A DNA stretch of 64,000 nucleotides from an uncultured Gemmatimonadaceae bacterium (GTDB lineage: Bacteria > Gemmatimonadota > Gemmatimonadetes > Gemmatimonadales > Gemmatimonadaceae). Positions within the stretch are counted from its first letter, which is position 1. The number at the start of each line of letters is the position of its first letter. Both the position numbers and the translations under genes were made by a program. The DNA is taken from contig CAVVTZ010000012.1 of the NCBI GenBank assembly GCA_963751275.1, positions 32,001 to 96,000 on the forward strand, in the 5' to 3' direction. This document shows positions 52,042-62,018 of the stretch, piece by piece. The notes below the pieces were generated by a model. It was not told the DNA's origin and did no database searches. It was given only the letters and a program-made list of their open reading frames with translations.

Positions 52042-52719
52042 ATGTCGATGATCAACTACGCCAGCCGCGAGATCAATTGTAAGATCGTGTATTACGGACC
52101 CGGGCTGGGTGGCAAGACGACGAATCTCGAGCATGTGTACGGCCGCGTGAAGCCCGACACCCGCGGCAAGCTCATCTCGCTGGCCACGGAAACGGAACGC
52201 ACGCTGTTCTTCGATTTCCTCCCGGTGGACCTGGGCACGATCCGCGGCTTCAAGACGCGCTTCCACCTGTACACCGTGCCCGGCCAGGTCTATTACAACG
52301 CGAGCCGCAAGCTCATCCTCAAGGGCGTGGACGGCATCGTCTTCGTGGCCGATTCGCAGATCGAGCGGATGGAGGCCAATCTCGAGGCGATGCAGAACCT
52401 GTACGACAACATGCTGGAGTACGGCTACGACCTCACCGGCATGCCCTTCGTGATGCAGTACAACAAGCGCGACCTCCCGAACGCGGCCACCGTGGCGGAG
52501 CTGCAGGAACGGCTCAACCCGGGGTTCGAGGTGCGCGACGTCACCCGCCAGCGGGTGACCCCCGACCCCTACCACGCCGGCGAGAACCTGGTGGAGCAGA
52601 TCCCGACAGGCGAATGGGTGGAACACGCGCCATATTTCGAGGCAGTGGCGGTGACGGGAGAGGGCGTCTTCGACACCTTGAAGGCCGTCAGCAAATTGGT
52701 ACTCAAGACCCTCGCGTAG
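52042..52719 (+). CDS. mglA: MglA small GTPase
   Basis: [38 protein letters not shown]. Confidence 0.94.
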   Translation: MSMINYASREINCKIVYYGPGLGGKTTNLEHVYGRVKPDTRGKLISLATETERTLFFDFLPVDLGTIRGFKTRFHLYTVPGQVYYNASRKLILKGVDGIVFVADSQIERMEANLEAMQNLYDNMLEYGYDLTGMPFVMQYNKRDLPNAATVAELQERLNPGFEVRDVTRQRVTPDPYHAGENLVEQIPTGEWVEHAPYFEAVAVTGEGVFDTLKAVSKLVLKTLA

Positions 52720-52735
52720 TTCCGGAGGCGCGCGC

Positions 52736-53431
52736 GTGAATCTGCCGAACACGCTGACCGTCAGCCGCATCGTCGCGGCGCCGGTGGTCGCCTGGCTTCC
52801 CTTCATCGCCTCCTGGCAGGCGCGGTTCGGCGCGTTCGTGCTCTTCCTTCTCATCGCGATCACCGACTACTACGACGGCAAGCTCGCGCGCGAGACCGGC
52901 CAGATCACGGACCTCGGCAAAATGCTGGACCCCCTCGCCGACAAGCTGCTCGTCTTCGCGACCTTCATCCCAATGTTCGTGCTCGTGGGATCGGGAAATT
53001 CGCTCTCCCTCCGTGCGCCGTACGCGCTCCCCTTCGATCTCACAATGCAGGGACCGTTCCCGTACCTCACGCCGTTCGGGATGATCGGGCTCCCGTGGTG
53101 GATCCTCGCGATCGTGCTGGGCCGCGAGGTGACGATGACGGTATTCCGCTGGTGGGCGCGGCGCCGCGGCGTCGTGATCGCGGCGAGCGGATCGGCGAAA
53201 TGGAAGACCGGACTGCAGCTCGCGTGGGTGGGCGCGTCGCTCTTCTGGTTCGCTGCCGCCACGGCGGCCGCGGAATATCGCTGGACCGGCGCGGCCTGGA
53301 ACGCTGCCGCGATGTTCATCGGCATTTCCAATGTGCTCTCGATGACCGGGGCCGTGGGGCTCACGATCTGGTCGCTCGTGCAGTACGCACGCCGCCATCG
53401 CGGGCTCATCGCCGGCGCGGTCGCGACCTAG
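52736..53431 (+). CDS. pgsA: CDP-alcohol phosphatidyltransferase (PgsA-like)
   Basis: NLPNTLT; DYYDGKLAR...GKMLDPLADK. Confidence 0.88.
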   Translation: MNLPNTLTVSRIVAAPVVAWLPFIASWQARFGAFVLFLLIAITDYYDGKLARETGQITDLGKMLDPLADKLLVFATFIPMFVLVGSGNSLSLRAPYALPFDLTMQGPFPYLTPFGMIGLPWWILAIVLGREVTMTVFRWWARRRGVVIAASGSAKWKTGLQLAWVGASLFWFAAATAAAEYRWTGAAWNAAAMFIGISNVLSMTGAVGLTIWSLVQYARRHRGLIAGAVAT

Positions 53432-53437
53432 CGCACG

Positions 53438-54310
53438 GTGGCTGAGTTCGGCGTCCAGCCGCCCGGCTACCGGCTGCCGCCGGAGACCCACGTCGGGCGC
53501 GTGCGGCTGCAGGTCGGCGACCTCGACCGCTCGCTCGCGTATTACGTCGGCCTGCTCGGTTTCAAAGTGCTGGAGCGCGCGCCGGGACGCGCCGAGTTGG
53601 GCGTGGACACCCCGCTCATCGAGCTGCACGAACTCAAGGGCGCGCGCCGCGTGCCCCGCCGCGGGCGCCACGGCCTCTTCCACTTCGCCATCCTGCTGCC
53701 CGACCGCGCGTCGCTTGGCCGGATCCTGGCGCGGCTCGAGTCGGCGGGGATCCAGGTCGGCTCGGCGGACCACGCGGTGAGCGAGGCGCTGTACCTCACC
53801 GATCCCGACGGGCTCGGCATCGAGATCTACGTCGACCGTCCGCGCGCCGAGTGGCAGCGCCGCGGCGCGGAACTGCACATGGTCACCGAGCCACTCGACA
53901 TCGATTCGCTCATGCGGGCGGCGGGGAGCGAGCCGTGGAGCGGAATGCCCAAGGGCACCGTGATCGGCCACGCGCACCTGCACGTGGAGCAGCTCGAGAG
54001 CGCGCTCGCGTTCTATCACAATGCGCTGGGCCTCGATCTCATCGTGTGGAGTTATCCGGGCGCGATCTTCCTCTCGGCGGGTGGGTATCACCACCACCTT
54101 GGCGCGAACACGTGGGCGGGGGCGGGCGCGACTTCGCCGGCGGGGGATGAGGCGCAGCTGCTGGACTGGGAATTACTGCTGCCGGGGTCGCTGAACGACG
54201 TTTCGGCGAGCTTGGAGAGTGCGGGGCACAAGATCGAGCGATTGCCCGCCGGTGGGGTTCGAGTCAAGGATCCATCGGGGACGCACGTCAGGATCGTTTC
54301 AAAGGGCTAA
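53438..54310 (+). CDS. VOC family protein (catechol 2,3-dioxygenase CatE-like)
   Basis: GLFHFAILLP, DHAVSEALYLTDPDG, GHAHL, GGYHHHLG. Confidence 0.88.
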   Translation: MAEFGVQPPGYRLPPETHVGRVRLQVGDLDRSLAYYVGLLGFKVLERAPGRAELGVDTPLIELHELKGARRVPRRGRHGLFHFAILLPDRASLGRILARLESAGIQVGSADHAVSEALYLTDPDGLGIEIYVDRPRAEWQRRGAELHMVTEPLDIDSLMRAAGSEPWSGMPKGTVIGHAHLHVEQLESALAFYHNALGLDLIVWSYPGAIFLSAGGYHHHLGANTWAGAGATSPAGDEAQLLDWELLLPGSLNDVSASLESAGHKIERLPAGGVRVKDPSGTHVRIVSKG

Positions 54311-54370
54311 CGGCAGACGTCGACTGGCGACTGACGATTGACGCCTGCAACAACTATTCCGGTACCGGTT

Positions 54371-55333
54371 ATGCGCGCTGGGATCATTGTGGGGCTGACG
54401 ATTATTTCGGCCGGCTCCGTCTCAGGGCAGGCGGCGATCGCGTGTGTGCAGAAGGCGACGGCGCCAGCGGGTGGAGATACGGCGGTGAAGGTGGCGGCGC
54501 TGATGGCGTCGGGGCATGCGTTGGTCGCGAAGAGGGAATTCGCCGTCGCGGCGGACTCGTTCAAGAAGGCGAGCGAGCTCGATCCGAAGAGCGCCGAGGC
54601 GTTCCTCTGGTACGGGAATGCGCTCGGGCAGGCGGCGGCGACCGCGTCGTCGTTCAAGCAGGCGTTCATGGCGCCCAAGATGAAACATGCGTGGGAGCGC
54701 GCGGTGCAGCTCGACAGCTGCAACGTGGCGGCGCGCGAGAGCCTCGTGCAGTTCTACGAGCAGGCGCCGGGGATCATGGGCGGCAGCATGGACAAAGCGC
54801 GCGCGGAATTGGCGGAGATCAAGGCGATCGATCCGTACCGCGGTGAGATCCAGACCGGCAATCTCGCGCAGCGCGAGAAGGACCTCGCCGGCGCCGCGGC
54901 GGCGTACGAATCCGCATCGAAGATGCCGGGCGATTCCACCGGGCGCGCGTGGGGGAGCTGGGTGTTCGTGCTGGAAGAACAGGCGAATTTCACGGCGGCG
55001 TTCGCGGCCGTCGATGCGCGATTGGCGAAGCAGCCCGGCGATCTCGTTGCGCTCACGTTGCTCGGCCGCGGCGCCGCAATGTCGGGGCAGCGGCTGCCCG
55101 AGGGGCTCGCCGCGCTGCGAACGGTGATGGCCGATTCCGCGGAGGCGGCGTCGCCGCGGAATGGATTCCGGATCTCGGCGGCGGGGCTGCACTACCGAAT
55201 GGCGATGATCCTCGCCCTCCAAGCCGATAGCGCGGCGGCGCTGGCTGAATACAGGCAAGCGGCAGCGCTCGCGCCGAAGGACAAGAGTATCAACGAAGCG
55301 GCGGAGAAGTTCGAGAAGGCTGCGAAACACTAA
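54371..55333 (+). CDS. Secreted TPR-repeat protein
   Basis: Signal-like N-terminus; TPR helices; APGIMGGSMDKA motif. Confidence 0.8.
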   Translation: MRAGIIVGLTIISAGSVSGQAAIACVQKATAPAGGDTAVKVAALMASGHALVAKREFAVAADSFKKASELDPKSAEAFLWYGNALGQAAATASSFKQAFMAPKMKHAWERAVQLDSCNVAARESLVQFYEQAPGIMGGSMDKARAELAEIKAIDPYRGEIQTGNLAQREKDLAGAAAAYESASKMPGDSTGRAWGSWVFVLEEQANFTAAFAAVDARLAKQPGDLVALTLLGRGAAMSGQRLPEGLAALRTVMADSAEAASPRNGFRISAAGLHYRMAMILALQADSAAALAEYRQAAALAPKDKSINEAAEKFEKAAKH

Positions 55334-55335
55334 GA

Positions 55336-56385
55336 ATGACGATCGCTGGCCTCGGTGCTCATGTTTCGGCGCTCGTTATTTGCTGCGCAGTTCTTTCGGC
55401 GAACGCAACGGTTGCAGATGCGCAGCTCAGCGGTAGAGTGGTGAGCGGCGATTCCCCTGTGAACGAAGCTCAGGTGGAGCTCTGGTCCGCGACCACCCGC
55501 ATCGCGCAGCGGGTGAGCGGACCCGACGGCACCTTTCGCTTCAGCGAAACGGAGCGCGGGTCGGCGATCGCAATCTTGACGCGCCGCATCGGGTTCGTGC
55601 CTCAACGCGTCCGGCTCGACGCCACGACCGGAGAAGTCGAGATCCATCTAACGGTGCTCATGACTGTTCTGCCGCAGGTACAAGTGAGCGGGAGCGTCAT
55701 CGCATGCCCGAACTCTCCTTCGAGCAATGCGCGGGCGATATGGGAGAAGCTGCGGTCGAGGTATGCCGACGGCACGGGCCTCGCGCGCGGCTCGGAATAC
55801 CTTGCTTGGAGCGGCGTAGTGAGCCGCGGGCACTTCGGTGAGATCGACCTCGGGCACCTCAAGCCAGGATCCCGAGCAATGAGTGCGACCGGTATCGCTA
55901 TGACGCAGAAGTTGATCGAGCAGCTCGGCTATGTCTGGCCCGCGCACACCATTGGCTCCGGCGAGGACTACGGGATCTGGCAATATCCGCCGCTCGAGGC
56001 GGACTACTCACAGCATTTCGTGGAGTCGTCGTTCGGGGCTCGACACTCGCTAAGTCTGCTCAAGGACGAGGGCGCCGGGAGCACCATCGCATTCTGCCCG
56101 GCGGATCGAAAGAAGAGTGGCCTCGAGGGTACGCTAAGCATTGACGCGGACGGAGATCCAGTGCGAGCGCAGTGGCGCTACTGGAATCCCACGCGCCAAG
56201 CGGAAGAGTCAGGAGGTGAAGTCAGCTTCGCACCGCGCGATCCCAGAAGTGCGGCACCGGTCCTGCTAGCAGCCAATGGCATGTTCTGGCGCCGGCTCAG
56301 ATCGGGAGACTATTGGGAGCGCTGGCAGGAATATTCAGGCTGGACGATCCAACGAGGCGACTCGCTTCTCGAGCAGAAGCGTTAG
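55336..56385 (+). CDS. Secreted protein with N-terminal carboxypeptidase-regulatory-like domain
   Basis: LSGRVV..PVNEAQV..DGTFRF..RRIGF; visibly more A/T at third codon positions than neighbours. Confidence 0.75.
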   Translation: MTIAGLGAHVSALVICCAVLSANATVADAQLSGRVVSGDSPVNEAQVELWSATTRIAQRVSGPDGTFRFSETERGSAIAILTRRIGFVPQRVRLDATTGEVEIHLTVLMTVLPQVQVSGSVIACPNSPSSNARAIWEKLRSRYADGTGLARGSEYLAWSGVVSRGHFGEIDLGHLKPGSRAMSATGIAMTQKLIEQLGYVWPAHTIGSGEDYGIWQYPPLEADYSQHFVESSFGARHSLSLLKDEGAGSTIAFCPADRKKSGLEGTLSIDADGDPVRAQWRYWNPTRQAEESGGEVSFAPRDPRSAAPVLLAANGMFWRRLRSGDYWERWQEYSGWTIQRGDSLLEQKR

Positions 56386-56440
56386 GGGAGCACCCGCCGT
56401 TGCACGCGACAGTCGCCAGTCGACAGTCGACGTCTGCCTT

Positions 56441-56815
56441 TCAGTCGCCGGTCGGGACGATCTCCTTTCCTTCCACCATGAGCATGACCGTCCGCTGCGG
56501 CGCGCGGGTCCGGTGCGTCACGCCTCTCGGGATCACGAATCCTTGCTGCGGCATGAGTTCCACCGTGCGCCCCTCGAGATCGATGATGAGCTTCCCTTCC
56601 ACCACGTAGAAGAATTCGTCGAGGTCGTCGTGCTGGTGCCAATGGTATTCGCCCTGCACGATCCCCACGCGCACCACCGAATCGTTCACGGCGCAGAGGG
56701 TCTGATTGAACCACGGATGCGTGACCGTCGCGGCGACCTTCTTCAGGTCGATCACCTCGAGCGGGCCGTGGGCGATGTCGAGGCGCGTCTCGTACGGGAA
56801 GTCCGGCTTACCCAT
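56441..56815 (-). CDS. Cupin domain protein
   Basis: GEYHWHQHDDLDEFFYV; IPRGVTH. Confidence 0.9.
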   Translation of the reverse strand: MGKPDFPYETRLDIAHGPLEVIDLKKVAATVTHPWFNQTLCAVNDSVVRVGIVQGEYHWHQHDDLDEFFYVVEGKLIIDLEGRTVELMPQQGFVIPRGVTHRTRAPQRTVMLMVEGKEIVPTGD

Positions 56816-57239
56816 TCTTGAGTCCCTCTTTGGTGAAGAGCGGGCCGATGGCGCTCCCTTCGGCGACCGCCTTGAGCCGGTAGAGCAGCGCGCCCCACGC
56901 CGAATTGCAGGAGACGAAGTACGGCGTCGCCTCGCGCCAGCCTTCGTGGATGAATCGCACCTCGGTCTTGTCGCCGCGCGTGGCCAGGTGGAACACGATG
57001 CGCGTGGCCGCCCATTCCTTTCCGGTCTCGCAGAGCCACGACGCGGTGGCCGGCGGCACGAAGGTCAGCGAGCGGAGACGGTAGACGCTCGCGCGATTGA
57101 AGAAGGCGAGCTCGACGCCGGCATCCATGGGCTGCGCGTCCTCCGCCCACCACTTGGCGAGGCCCTCGACGGTGGAGACGAGCGGGTAGATCACACGCGG
57201 CGCGGCGGAGATCTCAATGCTGTGGAGTAATTCGGGCAT
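56808..57239 (-). CDS. SRPBCC (Aha1-like) domain protein
   Basis: HSIEI..GLAKWW..EW..TRIVF..FIHEGW..WGALLYRLK. Confidence 0.85.
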   Translation of the reverse strand: MPELLHSIEISAAPRVIYPLVSTVEGLAKWWAEDAQPMDAGVELAFFNRASVYRLRSLTFVPPATASWLCETGKEWAATRIVFHLATRGDKTEVRFIHEGWREATPYFVSCNSAWGALLYRLKAVAEGSAIGPLFTKEGLKNG

Positions 57240-57296
57240 CTGACGCCCCCCGTTGGACTGCAATGAACCCTATGTGCGAATGGCGTGGGTGGCAAC

Positions 57297-57738
57297 CCGA
57301 ACGGCGTGAGGCGCGACCCGAACGCCGTGAGGCGCGACCCGAATGCCGTGAGGCGTGAGGCGTACGTCGAACTGATCTTGGGGCGTGCGACGCACCCCGA
57401 ACGCCGTGAGACGCGACCCGAAAACCGTGAGGCGTGAGGCGTACGTCGAACTGATCTTGGGGCGTGCGACGCACCCCGAACACCGTGAGACGCGACCCGA
57501 ACGCCGTGATTCGTACCCCGAACGCCTCGAGGCGTGAGTGCCCTCACGGCGTTCGGGGTGCGTCTCACGCCCCAAGATCAGTTCGACGTACGCCTCACGC
57601 CTCACGGTGTTCGGGGTGCGTCTCACGGGGTTCGGGTCGCGTCTCACGGTGTTCGGGGTGCGCCGCACGCCCCAAAGTCAGTTCGACGTACGCCTCACGC
57701 CTCACGGCGTTCGGGGTACGAACAACGGCGTTCGGGGT
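57297..57738. repeat. ~440-bp composite palindrome of 7-, 21- and 79-bp nested units
   Basis: CCCGAACGCCGTGAGGCGCGA units; GAACTGATCTTGGGG at 57369 and 57448; orientation flips near 57540. Confidence 0.95.
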
Positions 57739-57772
57739 TCCACTGCCGCCCTTCCGGCGTGAGATTCCACCC

Positions 57773-59024
57773 GTGCAAATAGAGTTGCTCACGATCGGCG
57801 ACGAACTGTTGCTGGGTTTCACCATCGACACGAACGCCGCGCACATCGCGCGCGCGCTCGCGGCGCTTGGCATTTCTATCGTCCGCCGCGGCACCGTGGG
57901 CGATGATGCCGAAGCGATCGCGACCGCCGTAAAGGAGGCTCTCGACCGCACCGGCGCCGTGATCACCACCGGCGGACTCGGCCCCACCGCCGATGATCGC
58001 ACGCGCAATGTGATCGCGGGCGTCTTCGGCCGCAAGCTCGTGAAGGACGACGCCGTGCTCGCCGCGGTCGAGGCGCGCTTCGGCAAGCTCGGCTCGAAGA
58101 TGCCCGCGAGCAATGTCAGCCAGGCGATGATCCCCGAGGGCGCGCGGATCCTCGTGAACCGCCACGGCACCGCGCCGGGATTGTGGCTCACGGATGATCG
58201 CGGACGCTGGTGCGCGATGCTCCCCGGTGTCCCCCGCGAGATGCGCGGCATGCTCAAGGAAGAATTGATTCCGGTCATCGCCGGGATGGTGGGCGCCGAT
58301 CCGCCGGTCGTGATGTCGCGCACGGTGCGCACCACCGGCATCGGCGAGTCCGCGCTCGCTGAGCTGCTCGGCGAGCTCGGGAAGGGAGTCGATGGGCTGC
58401 CGCTCGCCTTCCTGCCCGCGTGGCCGGGGGTGGACCTCCGGCTCACGAGCGTCGGCCGCCGGGCGCCGGTCGCTGAGGCCGGCTTGACCGCCGCCGCGTC
58501 GAAACTTCGCGCGGCCGCGGCTCGCTATGTGTATGGCGTGGACGACACCGATCTCGCCGCGGTCGTGCTCCAAATGTGCCGCGAGCGCAAACTGCAGATC
58601 GCAGTGGCGGAGAGCTGCACCGGCGGACTCATCGGCGGCCGGCTCACCGCGATCCCGGGCTCGAGCGAGGTGTTCGTGGGCGGGGTGATCTCGTACTCGG
58701 ATGTCGTGAAGCAGGAGAAGCTTGGCGTGCGCGTCGATACGCTGCGCGCGCACGGGGCGGTGAGCGAGCCGGTGGCGCGCGGAGATGGCCGAGGGAGCGT
58801 GCCGTGAATTCGGAGTGGAAGTCGGCATTGCCGTCACCGGCATCGCGGGCCCCACAGGCGGCACGCCGGAGAAACCTGAAGGAACGGTGTGGCTCGCCGT
58901 GCGCGTGAATGGCGCGATGCAGACGAGCAGCCGCCGTTTCGTCGGCGACCGCGAGGAAGTGCGTCAGCGCGCGGCCCAGGCCTCGCTCGATATGGTGCGG
59001 CGCGCGCTGTCGCCGCAGATTTAA
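57773..59024 (+). CDS. cinA: Competence/damage-inducible protein A (CinA/PncC); frameshift ~58782
   Basis: IGDELLLG..DTN, TGGLGPTADD, LPGVPREM, AESCTGG, TGIAGP. Confidence 0.94.
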
Positions 59025-59053
59025 CGGAGTCCTCTTTCTCCACTGTGAATCGC

Positions 59054-59623
59054 ATGTCCAAGAAACACCGCAACCCCGATCCCGAATCCGAAGCTCCGGT
59101 CGCCAATGTCTACCCCGCCGCGCCGCAAGCGGATGGTGTGGACGACGTGCCGGCACCCAGCGCCGAGCGTCTAAGCCCCACCGCTACCGTCGAATCTGCC
59201 GTTGACGACAAATACATCCGCCTCGCCGCCGAATACGAGAATTACCGCAAGCGCACCGCCAAGGAGCGCATGGAGATGTCCGCGCGCGCGCAGGGCGATC
59301 TGATCAAGCGGCTGATCGATCCGCTCGACGATCTCGCGCGCGTCATCGCGCAGGGGCCCGGCGCGCGCGACGCGAAAACGGTGCTCGATGCCGTCGAGGT
59401 GCTGGACAAGAAGATGATGAAGGCGCTCGCCGATGCCGGACTCGAAGTGCTCAATCCGATGGGCGAGCCGTTCGATCCCGAGAAGCACGAAGCGGTGTCC
59501 ACCGCGCCCGCGGCGAGCGCGGAGGAGGACCATCTCGTCGCGCAGGTCTTCCAGCCCGGGTACGTGTTCCACGGCCAGCTGCTGCGCCCAGCGCGCGTGG
59601 TCGTGAAGCAATGGAACGGCTGA
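59054..59623 (+). CDS. grpE: Nucleotide exchange factor GrpE
   Basis: [31 protein letters not shown]. Confidence 0.93.
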   Translation: MSKKHRNPDPESEAPVANVYPAAPQADGVDDVPAPSAERLSPTATVESAVDDKYIRLAAEYENYRKRTAKERMEMSARAQGDLIKRLIDPLDDLARVIAQGPGARDAKTVLDAVEVLDKKMMKALADAGLEVLNPMGEPFDPEKHEAVSTAPAASAEEDHLVAQVFQPGYVFHGQLLRPARVVVKQWNG

Positions 59624-59633
59624 GCGCGTAGCG

Positions 59634-60761
59634 ATGGCACAGGGCAAGGACTACTACGCGGTGCTGGGCGTGCCCGCCACCGCCCCCGCCGACGAGATCA
59701 AGAAGCAGTACCGCCGCCTGGCGAAGAAGCATCATCCCGACGCCAACAAGAGCGATCCCAAGGCCGCGGAGAAGTTCAAGGAGATCTCCGAGGCGTACGG
59801 CGTCCTCGGCGACGCGAAGAAGCGCGCGCAATACGACGAGATGCGCCGCCTCGGCGCGTTCGACGGCTTCGGCTCGGGCGGGCGCGGCGGCCGGCCGGGC
59901 GGGGGCGGCGGCCCGCGGCCGCAACCGGGCCCCACCACGTTCGACGACGTGGACATCGGCGGCTTCGGCGGGCTCGGCGACCTCTTCAGCTCGATGTTCG
60001 GCGGCGGGAGCCGCGGCGGCGCGCGCGCGCGCGGGCCCGAGCGCGGGCAGAGCGTGGAGGTGAACGTCGAGATCCCCTTCCGCACGGCGGCACTCGGCGG
60101 ATCGGTGCCGATCTCGCTCGAGATGAACGAGGAATGCGAGACCTGCCACGGCAGCGGCGCGGCGCCCGGCGCGAAGATGAGCACGTGCCCCGAGTGCAGC
60201 GGCCGCGGCACGATCTCCTTCGGTCAGGGCGGCTTCGCCGTGAACCGGCCATGCCCGCGCTGCCTGGGACGCGGTCAGGTGCCGAGCCAGGCATGCCCGA
60301 CGTGCGGCGGCAGTGGCGAGGTGCGCGCGAAGAAGACGATCAAGGTGAACGTGCCCGCCGGCGCCGACAGCGGGATGAAGATCAAGCTCTCGGGGCAGGG
60401 CGGTCGCGGGAACGCGGGCGGGCCGGCGGGGGACATGTTCATCACACTCACCGTGCTGCCCGATCGGTTCTACAAGCGCGAGGGGTTGGACTTGATCGCG
60501 ACCGTGCCGCTGAACATCGCGCAGGCGACGCTGGGCTCCAAAGTGAGCGTGAAGACGCTGCACGCGAAGAAAGTGACGATCAAGATCCCGCCGGGCACGC
60601 CCGCCGGGAAACGGTTCCGCGTAAGAGGGCAGGGGATCGAGCACAACGGGGCGATGGGGGATCTCATCGTGGAAGTCACGATCGTCGTGCCGGAAAAGCT
60701 CTCGCCGGAACAGGAGAAGCTCATGCAAGAGTTCGCCGCCGCGGGTGGGATGAAATACTGA
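59634..60761 (+). CDS. dnaJ: Chaperone DnaJ
   Basis: J domain with HPD; G/F-rich region; four CxxCxGxG repeats. Confidence 0.96.
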   Translation: MAQGKDYYAVLGVPATAPADEIKKQYRRLAKKHHPDANKSDPKAAEKFKEISEAYGVLGDAKKRAQYDEMRRLGAFDGFGSGGRGGRPGGGGGPRPQPGPTTFDDVDIGGFGGLGDLFSSMFGGGSRGGARARGPERGQSVEVNVEIPFRTAALGGSVPISLEMNEECETCHGSGAAPGAKMSTCPECSGRGTISFGQGGFAVNRPCPRCLGRGQVPSQACPTCGGSGEVRAKKTIKVNVPAGADSGMKIKLSGQGGRGNAGGPAGDMFITLTVLPDRFYKREGLDLIATVPLNIAQATLGSKVSVKTLHAKKVTIKIPPGTPAGKRFRVRGQGIEHNGAMGDLIVEVTIVVPEKLSPEQEKLMQEFAAAGGMKY

Positions 60762-60771
60762 GGGCGGGCGC

Positions 60772-60931
60772 AGCACCCTGAACGCCGTACTTGGTCCCCC
60801 GAACTCCGCCATTGGCAACTGAGACGTAGTCACGGCTCGGGCGTTGCTGGGACCAGATCCGCCCTAGCCGTGACTACGCCTCAGTTGCCAATGGCGGAGT
60901 TCGGGGGACCAAGTACGGAGTTCGGGGTGCT
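60772..60931. repeat. Palindrome with 72-bp arms, sibling of 51302-51471
   Basis: 60772-60843 pairs with 60860-60931 (4 mismatches). Confidence 0.93.
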
Positions 60932-60964
60932 TCTAACGGCGGATCGCGGCTGTAGATTGGGAGT

Positions 60965-61990
60965 ATGGATAGGGCCTCCCGTCACACCGCCGAGCGCCGC
61001 ATTCCCAACGCGGCTGCCCGCGTGCTCGTCCTGAAGGACTCGCATGCGCGGAATCCCGGTGTGCCGTTGGACCTCGACATCATTCGCGGCATTCGCGTGA
61101 ACAAGAGCGCCGTCGAGCGCCGCGCGGCAACGATCCCAACGCGCCGCACCGTGAAGAAGGACTGGCAGGCCGCGTGGCTGCTGCGCGCGATCACGCTCAT
61201 CGATCTCACCACGCTCGCGGGCGACGACACGCCGAGCAACGTGCGCCGCCTCTGCGCCAAAGCCCGCGAGCCCGTGCGCGATGACATCCTGAATGCGCTC
61301 GGCGCGATGCACCTCGGCATCACCGTCGCGGCCGTGTGCGTGTATCACGAACTCGTGGGCGTCGCGGTCGCCGCGCTCGCGGGGAGCGACATTCCCGTCG
61401 CGGCGGTGTCGGCGGGATTTCCGGCCGGATTGAGTCCCTTCGCGACGCGCCTCGCCGAGATCAAGGCGAGCGTCGCGGCGGGCGCGCAGGAGATCGACAT
61501 CGTGATCACGCGCGCGCACGTGCTCACCGGCGACTGGAATTCCCTCTACGACGAAGTGCGCGCCTTCCGCGATGCCTGCGGCGACGCGCATCTCAAGGCG
61601 ATCCTCGCCACCGGCGAGCTCGCGACGCTCACGAACGTCGCGCGCGCGAGCCGCGTCGCGATGATGGCGGGCGCCGATTTCATCAAGACGAGCACCGGCA
61701 AGGAGAGCGTGAACGCGACGCTCCCCTTCGGCGTCGTCATGGCGCGGCAGATCCGTGAATACCATGAATCGACCGGCGTCGCGGTGGGCTTCAAGCCGGC
61801 GGGCGGCATCCGCACGGCAAAGAATGCTGTCGACTGGATGATCCTCATGAAGGAAGAACTCGGCGACGAATGGCTGCGGCCGAAGCTGTTCCGGCTCGGC
61901 GCGAGCTCGCTGCTCACCGACATCGAACGCCAGCTCGAGCACGCGTCCACGGGGCGCTACGCCGCCGCGTACCGCATGCCCATGGTCTGA
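60965..61990 (+). CDS. deoC: Deoxyribose-phosphate aldolase (long type)
   Basis: IDLTTL, AVCVY, GFPAG, EIDIV, DFIKTSTGK, GFKPAGG, RLGASSL. Start codon uncertain. Confidence 0.93.
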   Translation: MDRASRHTAERRIPNAAARVLVLKDSHARNPGVPLDLDIIRGIRVNKSAVERRAATIPTRRTVKKDWQAAWLLRAITLIDLTTLAGDDTPSNVRRLCAKAREPVRDDILNALGAMHLGITVAAVCVYHELVGVAVAALAGSDIPVAAVSAGFPAGLSPFATRLAEIKASVAAGAQEIDIVITRAHVLTGDWNSLYDEVRAFRDACGDAHLKAILATGELATLTNVARASRVAMMAGADFIKTSTGKESVNATLPFGVVMARQIREYHESTGVAVGFKPAGGIRTAKNAVDWMILMKEELGDEWLRPKLFRLGASSLLTDIERQLEHASTGRYAAAYRMPMV

Positions 61991-62018
61991 GCGTGCCACT
62001 TCACGGGAGAACGCGCGT

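Larger units (their letters stand above)
54312..56438. mobile_element. Candidate two-gene cassette bounded by 40-bp inverted repeats
   Basis: 54312-54351 and 56399-56438 are reverse complements at 35/40 positions; built of CAGTCG(A/C) heptamers. Confidence 0.55.

Noticed and set aside
57297..57738. CRISPR array (also 48143-48410 and 35521-35640)
   Set aside because: Inter-repeat segments are themselves repeated rather than unique, orientation inverts mid-array, and no cas genes are present.
57191..57782. Small ORFs with RLTPHG/ASRLT repeats (also 35420-35756, 48047-48414, 6112-6312)
   Set aside because: They are translations of the DNA repeats; there is no evidence of coding function.
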